From Auanema rhodensis (Eukaryota; Animalia; Nematoda), in assembly GCA_964057225.1 (NCBI GenBank), contig OZ059899.1, positions 16,492,001 through 16,556,000 of the forward strand: a DNA stretch of 64,000 bases, in the 5' to 3' direction. Every line of letters begins with the position of its first letter. Position 1 is the first letter of the stretch. Positions 25,433 to 39,865 of the stretch are shown piece by piece. A program made the position numbers and the translations under genes. The notes under the pieces are model-generated. The model had not been told where the DNA came from and ran no database searches. It was given only the letters and a program-made list of their open reading frames with translations.

Positions 25433-28430
25433 TTAAAACTGCCGCTGCCATGAGTTATATATTCGGGGCAGTAATTGTGGCAGATCAAAGAACAAACAAT
25501 TCATTTCAAAATTGTTTTTTTTCTTATTCCATAAAATATCTATAAGGATAATTAACGTATGCGAAGAGCTTTTTCTAATTTTTCCGCTTCATGGGCATGA
25601 AGTTGTTCCAAAGGCTTCCAGTCGAACCGTGGCTCAAACATTGACTATAAAGTGCATAGTTAAATTTGGAGGTAACAAAAATTATGATAAAGCCTATTTG
25701 AATCTGAGAAAATAGTAAAACTTACATGAAAATATTCGTAACGTTTAACACGTTTAATATTATATTTTATACCATATAGTATAATTAATAAAAACACGGC
25801 TAAATTGAAATTGAGACACGATAGGAATATTGGCATTGGAATACTGATTGGTATGAAGACAAGTGATAGAATTTCCAATAATATACAAGACTAGATAGAG
25901 AAAGAACATATCAAACTGAATGCTTAATACATGGATAAAACATACCGCAATAACCAATGGTGAGACGACAAGCCAGTTACCTAACCAATAAGCATTAACA
26001 ATCAGCTTTGTACTATTCATCGTTCGAATATTTCTAAAGTTTCAAAATTATTATAATTATAATAAAACATATAGTTAAATAGTAAAATAGATAAGATTTT
26101 TAAACATACACAACAAAACGACGAAATCCATATATATAACTGATAATAATGATTTCAAATAATACTACAATCATAGTTGAAGCAGTTACAAAGTGATCAA
26201 TATAGTGAACATCAATTAAACCATCTTAAATATAAATATTTGTTATAAAGAATATATAGTTAAATATTGAAAGAAATATTAAAAAAGAATAGAAGCTTAC
26301 TATTTAAAACAAATAGATTGCTGATGATGAATCCAGAAACTCCTATTGCTATAGCTGTTTTGAGTTTATGTTTTTCAGCTATTATAGGTACTTCAGTATG
26401 CTTATATCGATCAGAAAATATTTTAAGAAGAATCCATAAGTTTAAAGCCTAAAACAATGAAAATTAACTCATATAAACTATATATATATAGTTTAATTAC
26501 AAACCGCTGTATTTAACGAAAGTAAAAGTTCGGCTAGAAAGAAGAAAATACTAACAAAAACTCCATAACTTAATAGTGCTAATGTCTTTAATGAAGTTAA
26601 TCTTATCATAATTTGTCCAAAAGATGAAATACCTCAGGTATGATAGATTGAACATATCCAATCTTGGTAATAGCGATATTCAAACCAGTGTTCACTTCAA
26701 ATTCTCGGTATGCAAAACCTAAAAAGATAATAATATACGTATTATTAGTATTATACTAATTATACTTATATAAATATATAGATATTACCTGCATAGACAG
26801 CAGTAAAGCAATAAAATGATATAGTTATAATAAATTGAAAAATATAAGACACAAATGAGATACGTAGGATATCTCGTTTATGTGGACGATGAAAGTTACG
26901 ATACGAACATATGAGTAACATTCCTCCACATCCAAGACTAAATTACAATGAAAAAGCATAGAGGATAAGAACTAACTTCAAGGTGAACACAGCTTGAGAT
27001 GCTGCATCAGCCCATGCATCAAGTGACCACATATTCTCAAACAAATCGTGTTCGAACAAAGCTCTGAGGCCATTTTCAGAATCAGGTAATACTATGCCTG
27101 TACAGTAAGATAAATAAGAAATATATATTATATTAATTATATAACTGACTTATAAGAAACAAAGAAGAATAGATTCCAAATGAAATATAAAGAACGGGAC
27201 GAGCCGTTTTACTCAAGACTTCGATACCCTTGTAAGCAGCATATATGCACATAATCCACATGATTAAAACCGAAATCACAAGATATATTGTGTCCATAAG
27301 CATAGTATCCGTCTAAAATAATAAAATAATTGTTTTAACAGTTATATAAAACATACTGATAACATATCTTGCAAATATGATTCAAATGGAGTTGTCTTCT
27401 TAAATTTATGTCGACTATTAGTAATTGCCCTAACAAACGATTCACAATCTTCTGAACCATAACGAACTAGGCAAGAGGATGCCCTAAATTATTTATATAT
27501 ATATATTATATATTATATAGTTATAATAAATAGTTACTCACAATCTTGGATCATAACATTCTTTACTATTTGGTCGACATGTAGTCCAATCCAGACGGTT
27601 GTTACTTAAACCTTAAGATCATTTTTCATATTACAATGATAATTATGATTAATTTATCCATTAAATATTAAAGCATTAATGCTCACCCTTACCATGATAT
27701 GTCGCTTTAAGAAATAAAAGAAAAGAGTGAGAAGCCCAAGTTGTTGAAGTAACTGATCGAACTGTTTGAATAAATGCTACTGCTGATGTTATTCCTTAAA
27801 TTGTCAATAATTCGTTTTGTTTTGAAACAATTTTAAACAAAAAAAAAATTAAAAAGAAAACTAACCACCACAAATAGGTACAATAGAATGATAAATAAAG
27901 TATGATGATCTTGAACAAAATTGAGCAATAGCTAATTCCATATAAAGTGTTGGTATAGCTATGAGCAAAAAACATATTGTATATTGTGTCATAAAACAAA
28001 CTAAATTTGAAATAATTCAATGAAATTATAGAAACATCACTAACGTCCACTGTGCTTCAAACATAATAATGGAAAATGCCAGATATTTCCAGATCCGATT
28101 GCAAATATGATAGCCATTATCAAAACGGGAACTTTTTTCTGATTGTTGTTGTTGGTGTTGTTGGATTCAATTTTGATCGGATCTGCATTAGAATTTTCAT
28201 TTTTCACTGTATTTGTTTGTGTGTTTGTTCTGATTGATGGCGGCTTGATGAGGCTATCCTTGGCAGGAATAGTGGAAATAACTTCAACAGCTGGAGCATT
28301 TGCCGTAGTTGTATTGGAGATTGTAGTGCTCAGATTAATATCAGCAATAGCACTAGCATATCCATCAGCAACAATTATAGATTCAGTTGGTAAGGTTGGT
28401 TCAACTGTAGGGCTCTCGGCACTTGAAGCC
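25433..28430 (-). CDS. Divergent SLC6 sodium:neurotransmitter symporter (snf-like); 5' exons and start not resolved
   Basis: TM1 FAIGSGNIWHFP (cf. AVGLGNVWRFP), TM2 IAIPTLYMELAIAQF, TM6 WADAASQAVFTL and SYRNFHRPHKRD; many short GT-AG introns; long Ser/Thr/Asn-rich N-terminal exon. The 3' end is approximate. Confidence 0.75.
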
Positions 28431-30222
28431 TAGAACATGCACTGAATACGATAATAATACATTTACATAAAGAATATAAGAATATATAATAATTATAAAT
28501 AGATAGTTAAATATTTCGCTCTAATTATATGAGAAAATGAACTAATATGAATTACTAAAATTAAATTTATATAAGAATATGATAGAAAAGAACAAACTTA
28601 TTAAATATTAAGTAGAACAATACCTTATACACAGTTAAACCGGAAAAAATAACTTGAAAGGAAAAAGAAAAATAATAATTTGAAATGAATTGAAATGAAA
28701 ATTTAATGAAATGAACTATTGTTTTTGGACTTAATTACCGTTTCTCTTAACAAGTCTAATATTGTATTTGTTTTTATTAATATTAATAAACTTATATTAT
28801 ATCTTTTATAACTTGAGTAATATGGTATATATCATTATCTCAAATTATTAATTATATTATATAAAGAAAAAGTTAAACTAATATTAGATAAGGGATAATA
28901 AAAACTAAAAAATTTCCATATTTAGATTTATTGATTTTTAATAATAAAATTTCAAATAAAATCTTTTTTTTTTAAATAAATATAAAAATAAAATATTTCG
29001 TACCATTTATACTACTGCATATGACGTGGTATTCAAATAATTATGCAAAGTTTCTTTGTAATAGTTCACGTGAAAATGCTTTGACGTGTAATTCATATGC
29101 AAATTAGATGATTATAGTTTTGTTTAAAACTTATATTATTGTTTTATTCTTCTAATTTCTTCTAATTTCTTTTGATTTTTTTACATTCTTTCAAATATAT
29201 TTGTATATAATTTGTTATTTTCTGGAGAAGTCGTAAAATACAGAAGCAACTGCCTTAGAGAGAGGAGGGGGAGGAGGAGGCATAGGAAGAAGGAGGATAA
29301 GAGTGTTGGGTTTTGCATTTTAGACGATAGAGTTACAGGATCAGATGCATCTGTCACACGGAAACCTCCATTTTATTGTCTAAGATCAAGCATTCTTTCT
29401 TCAATTCTGCGTAACAATCCTCATCGTATTGGCTCTTTCTCCCATTCCCTAACTTATCTCAGATGTATATCCACTGAAAGCACAGTTCTCATTTCTCATA
29501 TACTTTTCATCTCAGTTTCATCTCCTCTCTCTCTCTCTCTCTATCTATCTTTCTATCTCATTTTTTCCTAATTTCTTTGCTTGTTTTCTCATAATGTATA
29601 TAACATTAGGTCACACATATCAATTTTCTATATCACGTGCCATCCAAACATTATTTTCTGAACCATTTACGTGTCGAATTCCCGATCCACGTGTAATTTG
29701 ACATTTTCACCTACAAAACTATTACTGTAAGCTATTACATATCGCTTTCGTGTCATAATTTTTTTTTGTTTTGTCCATTCGTTCCGCATTTTATTTTTTT
29801 TCCAAATTGACCAAAACGATCTTTTCATTCTATTCAAGCTTTATTGAAAAGCTGTGATAATCTTAGAAATATAATATTTGGTTCAACTAAGGGTATTGAA
29901 GGTTCATACATACTGGTGTTTGTCTTATTTCCTGTCAGGCTTGAACTTCTGGTTGATAAGTTGGAAAAACAAGCAATCTTTATTATTAATAATGACTGTC
30001 CTGCCCTTTATTAGTTTTGTTGAAGCATACTATTGAATAAATTGGCATTTTCACTATGAAACTTTGAATACCATAGTATATGAGTTTTCTTATAATGAAG
30101 TATACAACATCAGAATCACTACTAATCGTTTTGCTTTCGTATGTATACTATAGACATCTTACAAAAATACCAATAAAGCGAGGGTGGATACGAAACAGGA
30201 GATGAAATTGAAACTAAATGTA

Positions 30223-30278
<56 letters not shown>

Positions 30279-33018
30279 AAGAAAGGAAGAAGGTTGTAGG
30301 AAAAAGAGATTGAGTGATGCAAAGGGAAAGAAAAGACAAGGAAAAGTAATACAGGAGGAAAGGGAGAGCGGCTAGCTATGGACCACCACGAAAGAAGCAT
30401 GTATAAGGCTGAACAGGACAGCTTGTCGTCTTTGATTTCGTTTCCCCAGGATTCTCAAATTTCGTCTCAAAAAGGGCTATGATTATGACCTGTAGTTAGC
30501 GTGGGAAGCACGATTCTCCTACCCCTTTCTCTGTCGCCTGTGCTGAAATTCTGACGTCAAGATTTGAATGGCATCTCCTTGCTGTTTATGTCTCTATTTC
30601 TCCTACTATTCACTACAACCTTACTATCTTCAGATGTATTCTCTCTTTGAAATCTCCACCCCCTACACTACATCATCAGATGAATTTCATCAGAAGGATA
30701 GTCACATCACAACATTCTCTCCTGTGCGTGTATATAAGCCGTATCTTGAATATGCTACCCTCACATACGAATCATGACACTCCTCCTGGATTCAGAAGCA
30801 GTTTAATTGTGTCAGACGATGTCAACTCTTGTTGGCTTATCAACTCATCATGCCAGCCAGCTATTTCTTTGTCTCTTTATCGTTCTAAGAATATTTTACA
30901 AATAAATTATTGTTCACTCAGTTTATTCAGACTTTTCTTCAGACGTTTCTCCGGCGTTAACAAAATTCCAAAGCATGTTTAATTCTTTTGAACATAGTTT
31001 TCTATTCAAATTGACATTTTATAATGTTTATCAGTTCTTGCTGCTTATTACTGAAACCATTCTACAGCATATCTTCTATTTCCATTTCTCACCCTTTTCT
31101 CTTTTTGTAAAATCAAATGTTGTTTTGCTTATCCTAAGCTTTCATTTACCTTCAATAGTCAATGAAGGTCATCTCTGATATTTCAATTATCCTTCAATTT
31201 ATCTCACAAATGATGTATTAGTTCTTTCAATATCTATATAAACACATTGAACAACGACGTTTTCATGTCTTTCACTAACTATTTACCATAACTATTCAAA
31301 ACTTGAGCTTTTAATCATTAATAGGTTTCTTTAAGTTGGAACATCTCTCTGTCTCTCTCTCTCTCTTCATCGATGATTTCAACTGTATTCGAGCATGGAT
31401 CATTCTTCTTTCGTTAATTTATCTCAAATACTATATATCTATATATAAATAGAAATTGTGAATTTGAATAAATTAAGAAATGTTCGAACAAAAGAGTAAA
31501 ATCTTTTTTTTTCTTTTCAAGACCTTTTTTTATTAGTTTTTATTCATTTTCATCTATCAATGACGATGAATTTTACATCTTATATTCTATTATTTTCAAA
31601 AATTCTTATTCAATCATGTATATATGTATGAACATACATATATATGTATATACACATAGTTAATAAATTATTTTAATTACCATATAAGTTAAATATTGTT
31701 GTATCAATACTGATTATTCTTTCCTAATATTCACTTATTACTCTCCTTTTCCTCTTTTTTTTTGTTGTCAATAGACGTCATAGGTCATAGGACATACATC
31801 ATACTTTTACTTTTTTCTTGTTACTTTTGAGATCAGTACAATCTATACATAGCATAAACAGCATAATTTTAACTATTTACAGAAAAGAAACAATCGTATT
31901 CTTCAGCTCCTCCCCTCCCTTTTCTTCTTCTTTGCTAGCTTCATCCCAACGACCAGCACGTTAATCATTTAGCTCCGCCCACTATTCGTCTCTATTTCGA
32001 TATTCAGCTTATTAATACTTAGATATATCTATTACTTTTTTAAAATTTTATTCTTTTTAGCTTTACGTTCATCTTAATCTTTATTTAATTTTTCTTTATT
32101 ATACTTTATTCTCACTAAAAATTTAATTCAAATATGAGACATCACCATCCAAATATAGCCAAGAATACTAGAGCCAAAAGCTTTTGTGAACTAAATTCTA
32201 AACACCTGAGAATAAAAGAACTAACCAATAAAATTACTATTTTAGTCTTGCTTCCTGGTTCTTAAAAACTTTTCTTCTACTATCACATCATACCCTTTGA
32301 GCTCACCTTAATTTTTCCAATGTTACTTCTCAAATCCATATCTCTCTCTCTCTCTATCTCTCTCTCTCTCTTTCTCTCTTGTTCTCTCTATCTCTCTTAT
32401 ATAATCGTTTCATCTCATTACCTTCTCACCGTTGTCAAACCAATTTTCTTTTTTTTTTCAAAGTTTATCGAACCACCTATTCTGAAGAATTACATACATT
32501 TCGTTCTTTCTATGACATGAGGTAATTTGACTTCATCGTAATACCTCAATAGTTCATGATGTCTTATAGAGATTATTGTTATTTCATAAAAAAACTTTTA
32601 TAAATTCTTTTTTACTTCTTATTTTACTCAAAAAATTAAAAAATTAAATGATATAAGAGGAAAAAAGTTTTTTTATTTGTAAATCATCAATCATTTCCTC
32701 TCTTTTTTTGTAAATAATCCCTTTGTTAGGGAATTTTCAAAAAAGCTTTTATTCATAAGTTCTTATAATAATAGTTATTAAAAACTTTAATATAATATTG
32801 TAAAGATAGATATGTTATTGAAAAGATTTAAATGATATATTCATCTGCTTTAAGATGAGAAATACATATAACTATTGTCCAGTATTATTCTATGTTTTTG
32901 AATATTTCAACATTTATATCTTTTATTCCTTATTTCGTCAACAAATTTTATATAGATATAGACATATAACTCAAGACTCTTTGTATTTCCTGTTCTTTCA
33001 GAATTTACGTTTCCAGTA

Positions 33019-33818
33019 ATGTGCTCCTCTTGGCTCAAAGCTCTTATCGTTTGTTTTGTTTGTCTTGTCCTGATATGTACAGCAGAGGATGTTCCAGAAA
33101 AGCGTCCAGCACTTCTCTCCAGGTTAGCAATAGCTTATTTACTAATTAAGTAAGTTGAGAACAACAACAAAGGGTGATATAGCAAAACAAAGAAACTACA
33201 TAAGAACTTATAATTTCATTTGTATCCTTTTTTTTGGAGAAATGGCAACTTAACGAATACTGCAATAACGAGCATGAATTGAAATGACGACAAGATTTCT
33301 CAAGAACCCTAATAGATGACGCAATCAAAAAAAAGAAATTTCTTTTTTTAAATTACTTGTCTTCGTCTTATATCAATATATTGAAAAATCTCAAAGTATA
33401 AGATGAAAGAAATGCCATGTTATCAGATGTTATGTTGTTTTTCCTTCTCAAATACTCCTTCAATACCTCAGTTTGAACATCTTTTGTATACATATATATA
33501 CAAGAAATGATGTTATTTTCTGATCTAAATAGTTCATATGGAAGAAAACAAACAAAAAAAAACAAAAAAATTCTGATACTAAAGCGAAAGGTTTATAATG
33601 AATCTTCTCAATCTTCTCTATTCTAGATATGGAAGAGCTGTTTTACCACGATATGGAAAGCGTTCAGGAATAACTTCAGGATCGTATCTGGATGCCCTAG
33701 AAGAGAACGGTATCTTACATTATATTCATATTATTCATTTATATGAACATATATAGATAACATGAATGCATTGGATAATCTGGAACGATGGAGGAACTAT
33801 GTATACCTACGAGCGTAA
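33019..33818 (+). CDS. lury-1: Luqin-like RYamide neuropeptide precursor
   Basis: Signal peptide MCSSWLKALIVCFVCLVLICTA, then KR-PALLSRY-GR-AVLPRY-GKR (spliced 33122/33628), matching the LURY-1 peptides PALLSRYamide and AVLPRYamide. The last exon is uncertain. Confidence 0.9.
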
Positions 33819-34535
33819 ATAATAATAATTATTATAGTAAAACAACAACAACAACAACAACAACAACAATAAATAATAATAATAATAAGAAAGCATTCCA
33901 TGATATCTAGATTTCGCAACATATAATGTGTTCTTCCAGTAATTTTATCCGAATGTTTTTTCTTATTTATCCTTATGTATTATGAACATTCATTCCTTCT
34001 ACATGCATTCCATTACATCTATTCATCTATCTACTTCATTTCTATTTGTTTAAATGAATAGAGAAAGAGAGAAAGATAAATCATTTTGTTGAAATGTGAT
34101 AGTTAATGATATTTACCATAATAAAAAATCAAACTAAAATAGTTCCTTTCGATTTAAGATCGTATAGCATATATTCAAAATTCAAAATTATATTCAAATT
34201 AGCTTTCGCGCTCTTTATTTCGATTGCGTGACGTGTCAATGTCCGACGTATCGCAGCTTCTGCTATCATTTAGATTAAATATTGAGATAGTACATGATTC
34301 TTCTCCTTATTGGCATTGATTACAAGATTGAGGAAAAAAGCATTTTAATGACGCGTAATAGGGTGGAAAAGTAGTACAACCGGTTTGTGCAATCACGATC
34401 TTTAAATGGATTGTATGAAGTTGCTTACAGAAAGTGGAAGAACAAAAATGGTAATAGCAAAATGCTACCATTAATAAGCATTTTCTTAAAATAGAAGATA
34501 TTGATAGATATGTAAACAAAAGAGAAAAGAAAAAT

Positions 34536-34539
<4 letters not shown>

Positions 34540-34580
<41 letters not shown>

Positions 34581-34606
34581 AAGAAAGAAAGTGAGAGAGA
34601 GAGAGA
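34540..34606. repeat. (AG)n/(AAAG)n microsatellite
   Basis: Direct reading of the sequence. Confidence 0.9.
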
Positions 34607-34912
34607 ATATAAAAGAGTATATTATACAATAAAATATCGGAATATACATGAAATTATAGGGAATTATACATTATAAATATAAATAATATGCATCTCTACA
34701 AGAAGGCTTATTTAAGAAACATAAATGTTTTGTTCACACACCAAGAATGAACTGGCCATTCATTTTCTTGAAATATGGGCCCAGTTACGTATTTAAATAG
34801 AGGTGAAATGAGAAGATTACATTGTTTATACAATTTTAGAGTAGATGCCAAGCATGAAGGCCATCGAAAACAGAAGAAAATACGGGGGAGGGTAAAATGA
34901 AAGTTCATTAGC

Positions 34913-36386
34913 TTATTCTGGACAAGCGGGTGCCAGCTGATGCAACGATTCTTCTTCGGGCAATGGACGACGTTTCCAACGTGGATTACCAACGAGAACC
35001 TGCAAAGATGATATCATTGGAAAGATAAACACATTGAAGAATAAAACTAATAATAAAAATAACAAACCAAGATACAAATACTCTGAATGAATACACAAAT
35101 GCCAACCATGTTGCTGAGCATATGCTGTGTGCACATCTCACCCTTCTGAGTCCAACAGCTAAATGGTTCAGATAAAAATACAAATATGATAAGAAATCAA
35201 CAAACATATGCTTCCATGCAGCACGCTCAGATATTCCAGATCCAACAACAATGGCAACAACTAAGAAGAGTAAAAGCCCAATGATTTGATGGAATGGCAT
35301 AATAATCTGTCTCATAGGAATCGACAAGCCAGGTGCGAAGAAAGTCACAAATCCAATAATATACTTAAAGAATTTCAATTAAAAGTTTTTTAAATTTTAT
35401 TTAAATACCTGCGTAGCATAAAGAACAACAACAATCATTCCAATCCACGAATGTAATGACATCATATTAGGGATTGGTTGTGGCTCTCCTTGAGCATTGC
35501 GATGAAGATTATGGAAATCGAAAACAGCTTTCAAGGCAATGAGCATGAAGACCAGAACCTTAAAACGGAATAGATGGCTTTTTCGAAAAACTGCGAAACA
35601 AAATATAATAGACAACAAACAGACCATTGAATGAAGAGCAACATGTAAGGTTTTACTAAACTTCTTGCGCTCATTCCGAAAGACACGATATACAATCAGC
35701 GATTCACCGTATAAGAAAACCTGTAAATAAATTGATTCGTTGTTCGTTTAGTAACATCCCCACTAACCATTCCCATTACCATAAATGTTGGATGGTAATG
35801 AAATTCTCGGTCAGGATAATCCGTCCAAGCGAATCCATCTTCATATCCTCCCATCCATATAGATACAAAGAGGACAGCAAGTGCTCCTAAAAACAAGTAG
35901 TATTTTGCTCCCAAGAATACATTAGTATTCTTCAAGAGAATATAACTTTTCACAATTCTTCACTTATTATGTTCAACCAATACATACGGATTCTATAAAT
36001 TAATCTATTTTTAAGCAGAAAAAAAGCGGCCTAAGCGAAATAATTCAAGACAATTCAATTAAATGTCCTAAATTTTAAGAATATTTTGCAACAAAACCGA
36101 AAATCAATACGGTTTAACTGAAAATACCGAGCTAGAATCGAGTGAGCACGAAAATATAACAGGTTAATTTGTCTTCTTGGCTAATTTCATTTAAAGAATT
36201 ATGACAAAATGAGGTAAATTTGGTTTTTACACGTTCTTTTACACGTACAAATTCAAGTAAAAGCTTGAAGCTTAAACGTCATGACAACATACCTGCGACT
36301 TGCGATATTATGAGAATTATGTTGAAAAGCTTATTGCTGGCATCTTCACGTAGAATTGTGAAATGAGGATCGAATAGTAGAGACAT
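34913..36386 (-). CDS. Cytochrome b561 family protein
   Basis: MSLLFDPHFTILREDASNKLFNIILIISQVAG/ALAVLFVSIW...FHYHPTFM; heme-ligand motifs (MMSLHSWIG, MPFHQIIG); AVFDFHN; ends ...RPLPEEESLHQLAPACPE*. Confidence 0.9.
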
Positions 36387-38367
36387 ATCTGTAACCAAAG
36401 ACTATTACTATCATGAAAAATCCCACGAAAGTGTAGCATTTTAATCTCAAAAAATCTCGAGAAGTGGTCAAGTGATGCAAGCTAAATAGAACAAAATCTA
36501 AAAGAAGCTTAAAATATAAATCGGAACTTGACGAAAAGCATTGGTCTTGCCAGAAGATGAGACTACACAAGACCAAATAATTCAAGAATACAGCGGTACG
36601 GGGGTAACTGGCACAGCTGTGTAGCTGATTTCTCCGAAGCTGCTAGCTACGAATGGGCTGGCCTGTGGGCAGCTACACTCGGAAGCCTTCAATACTGCGG
36701 GTCGATATCCGCTGCACTGCCAAAATAAACAATATGGACAGCAAAAATCAAGAACCTTTGAAAGTTAAAGATCGAGAAATATATTTATGAGGGTTAAGAT
36801 CGGTCAGTAGCAATGCTTTTAAAAATTCAAGTTGAGCACAAGCCTGCTCGAGAACAATAAACTTAGTTACTTGACATCAAACCTTATTTTGAGTTTTATA
36901 TTGAGCATTTTCATGAAAAAATGAAGCATAAATGATCATATAAAACAAAATATAACTTTAATTCATCGATAGGTGTGAAAAACAGTGAAAGGAAATGACG
37001 AGTACTATGTAACCTTTCGAGCAACCCACCATCGACTAATTCTCAATGAAACTCATTGATTACGACTGGACCGGACAAATGAGAGGCGGAGCCGTTCATA
37101 AAATAAAGAGAGCCATAAAGAGTATACGAGTATAGAAAGGAAGTACGAAATATAATTATCACAATTACCAAATAAGCTTCTATATAGCTTCACATATTAC
37201 ACCACATCAGCGAAATATAAAGATATATACCGAGATTTTTACAATAAAAATGTTCTTCTAACATAAGTTGCAAAATAACGAAAACTAAGAAACAACCAAA
37301 ACAGCTAGTGCAACTAATATAATTGCTCGAATGCGATTGTTTTTAACATTCGTAATATTGTATGTGTCTTATAACATTAAATGAATAAATGATCAATTTT
37401 CAGAAACATATTCCAAAAAGGAAGATGAAAAGTGAGAAAAGCAACCGGTTGGCTATCAACTGAACATTAAATAAGATGGATTCGCGCGACACGTAAAGCC
37501 ACGTGGGCGTTATGCTCAAAACTTTTATAGAGCATGATTCCAAACAAATAAATAAAAAAACAACTTTTCAACAGTTAAAATAATCGCATATTCCAGATAT
37601 AATTAGTATGATTGTAGTTTTGTAGGTTCAACTTTAAAATTCCATTTTAACTCTAATATTAACCAAGTTAAACGCCAACAATCAATCAAAAATGGTTCAA
37701 ATTCAAATATCGTAATCTAATGAAAATACTTGTTAGCAATACTTATTGTATATACGAGAAGCATTGATCAATTATGAATTGAACTCTTGGCGTTTCGTGT
37801 ATTACACTCCAACTAGAAAACAAAACCGATTGATTATAAATGCGCTGCCTACTCAAATTCTGATAAGACTATGATAAGCTGCTCGCATGAATTTGAATGA
37901 GTTAAATAGAACACAGAAGGAAAAAAATTGGACATATGACCATATTAGGTGGATGAATTTGAACATGAAAGTGTACGCAATAAACTATAGTCTTAAAAAT
38001 CAGAATAAAAAAGAACATGGCATAGAAGGCAGCATTTATACATTTATAAAACTTATACAAAACGCTATATAACCTACTGTCTCTATGAACACAATGAACG
38101 GAATCAATAAGACGTTCCTATAAATTGCAAGAAACAGAAGAATTCCTGATACTGCAAGTCAATTTAGGAATATAATAGAATCGTGCTAAGGATTGAACAC
38201 AGGCTTACTTGACAAGATGCAGTCTAAGTGACTCTAGTGGAATGATAAAAATTTGAATAAAACACTTATAAAGAAATTGAATTAAGTGGGAACATGGAAA
38301 ACTAATCATTTTTCCACAGGAGGACCACAAAAAAATGATAGTCCGGGGTTGGAACTGGTTATCACAA

Positions 38368-39538
38368 TCAGTTGAAGAGGATAGGAATTTCATCTTCGTC
38401 GTGTAGCATGCTCTTCGCTTGATAATCGTCTACATCTTCATTCTAAAATATGGGTCATTTAGAAAAAAAGAATTTTATTGAAAGGATTTTACTTCTTTTC
38501 CGCGTTCAAGCAACTCTTGTTCCTTCTGCTTCTTCTTATTAGCTTGAATCTTCTTCATTCTGAAAATATAAAATTGAAGTTTCAATTTCAAAAACAGAAA
38601 AAATCTCATAAAAATTAAATTTAAAACGACATACCTGAAGAACTCTTCTCTTTCCATTTCGTCCAACTCGGTGACGATATAAGTCAGTGTGTTTTCGATA
38701 CGTGGAATAATAACTAAACATGGACAATTTGAATAAAGAACAAAATTTCAAGAAAATCTTACCGTGCTCAATAGCATTTACACGTCTGTTAGTAACTTTG
38801 ATAGCTTCATCAAGAGTGATAAAGCAAGTCTGAAGAGTAGCCAGTTCTACCAAAAGCTCAATAGCCTACAAAGAAAACAGAACAAATTACAAATGAAAAA
38901 AAGTAAAACTTTGTTGTAATTTTTCTTCAGACGAGCAATATTAGATCCTCCTCTACCTAATCCAGTTAAATCATAGGCATCAGGTCCATCCTGATATGAG
39001 TCGAATACGGGGAGGAAAACTCCTACAAATTTGAGCATGAATCAAACGCATTCTTTTGAAAAACAAAAGCTATACTAATAAAAACGTACCGACAACATTT
39101 TCCTTCTTCATTCTTACACGGTACTGAGCTTGGCTTACGTTTTGAATGACTGTATGAGAGAAATCTCCAGCGGTGAACTTGGCTTCGGCTAAAGAGAAAG
39201 CAGCATCTTTCAATACTTCGCCCATGACTACTTTATTCTAGAACGTCAAAATTAGTATAAACATAAAAGTTTGGAATTTTACCTCGACAATTTTGCGGAG
39301 AATATCACGGAAACGCATGTTCAAAGCGTCAGCTTTCTTCTTAAGAAGAGAGTGACCTTTCTGAGCTCCCTTCAGACGAGCCTTCATGACTGTTTGAGCC
39401 CTTCAAAATTAATTTTCTATATAATAAACTGAGTTTACATTTTTGTTCCAATTTAAATAGATGTAGCATGAAATAAATAAATCAAACTTACATACGACTC
39501 GGGAAAACAGCAATACGATCTTTACCTCCTCCAGACAT
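38368..39538 (-). CDS. vha-14: V-type ATPase V1 subunit D
   Basis: [16 protein letters not shown]..., [54 protein letters not shown]. Confidence 0.96.
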
Positions 39539-39865
39539 GGCCTACCTGAACGTAAATTAGTATATTTTACAAGTATAAACACTTCAAATCAATTGAAAAT
39601 AAATAAAATTGATTTCCACGAAAATAAGTCAGAAACCATTAGTCTCCGCCTCTGTAGCTAGAGACCAATGACTAGATCGCAACGCAACCGCTTCAGGGCA
39701 GCAAACGAATTAGCATTAGAGCAAAGTTGCTAACGGAAGCTTTATAAAGATAAGGTGAAAGACAGAATATCTTGGGAGCAGAGCATATTAATAGACCGAA
39801 TTATTGATTTATTATACAAGAATTAATTTACATTCATGTTTGTAAGTGATATAATAGTTTATGTT

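Noticed and set aside
36029-36036. gcctaagc as a telomerase RNA template in the cytochrome b561 intron
   Set aside because: It is antisense to the host transcript, only 8 nt long, and has no supporting structure.
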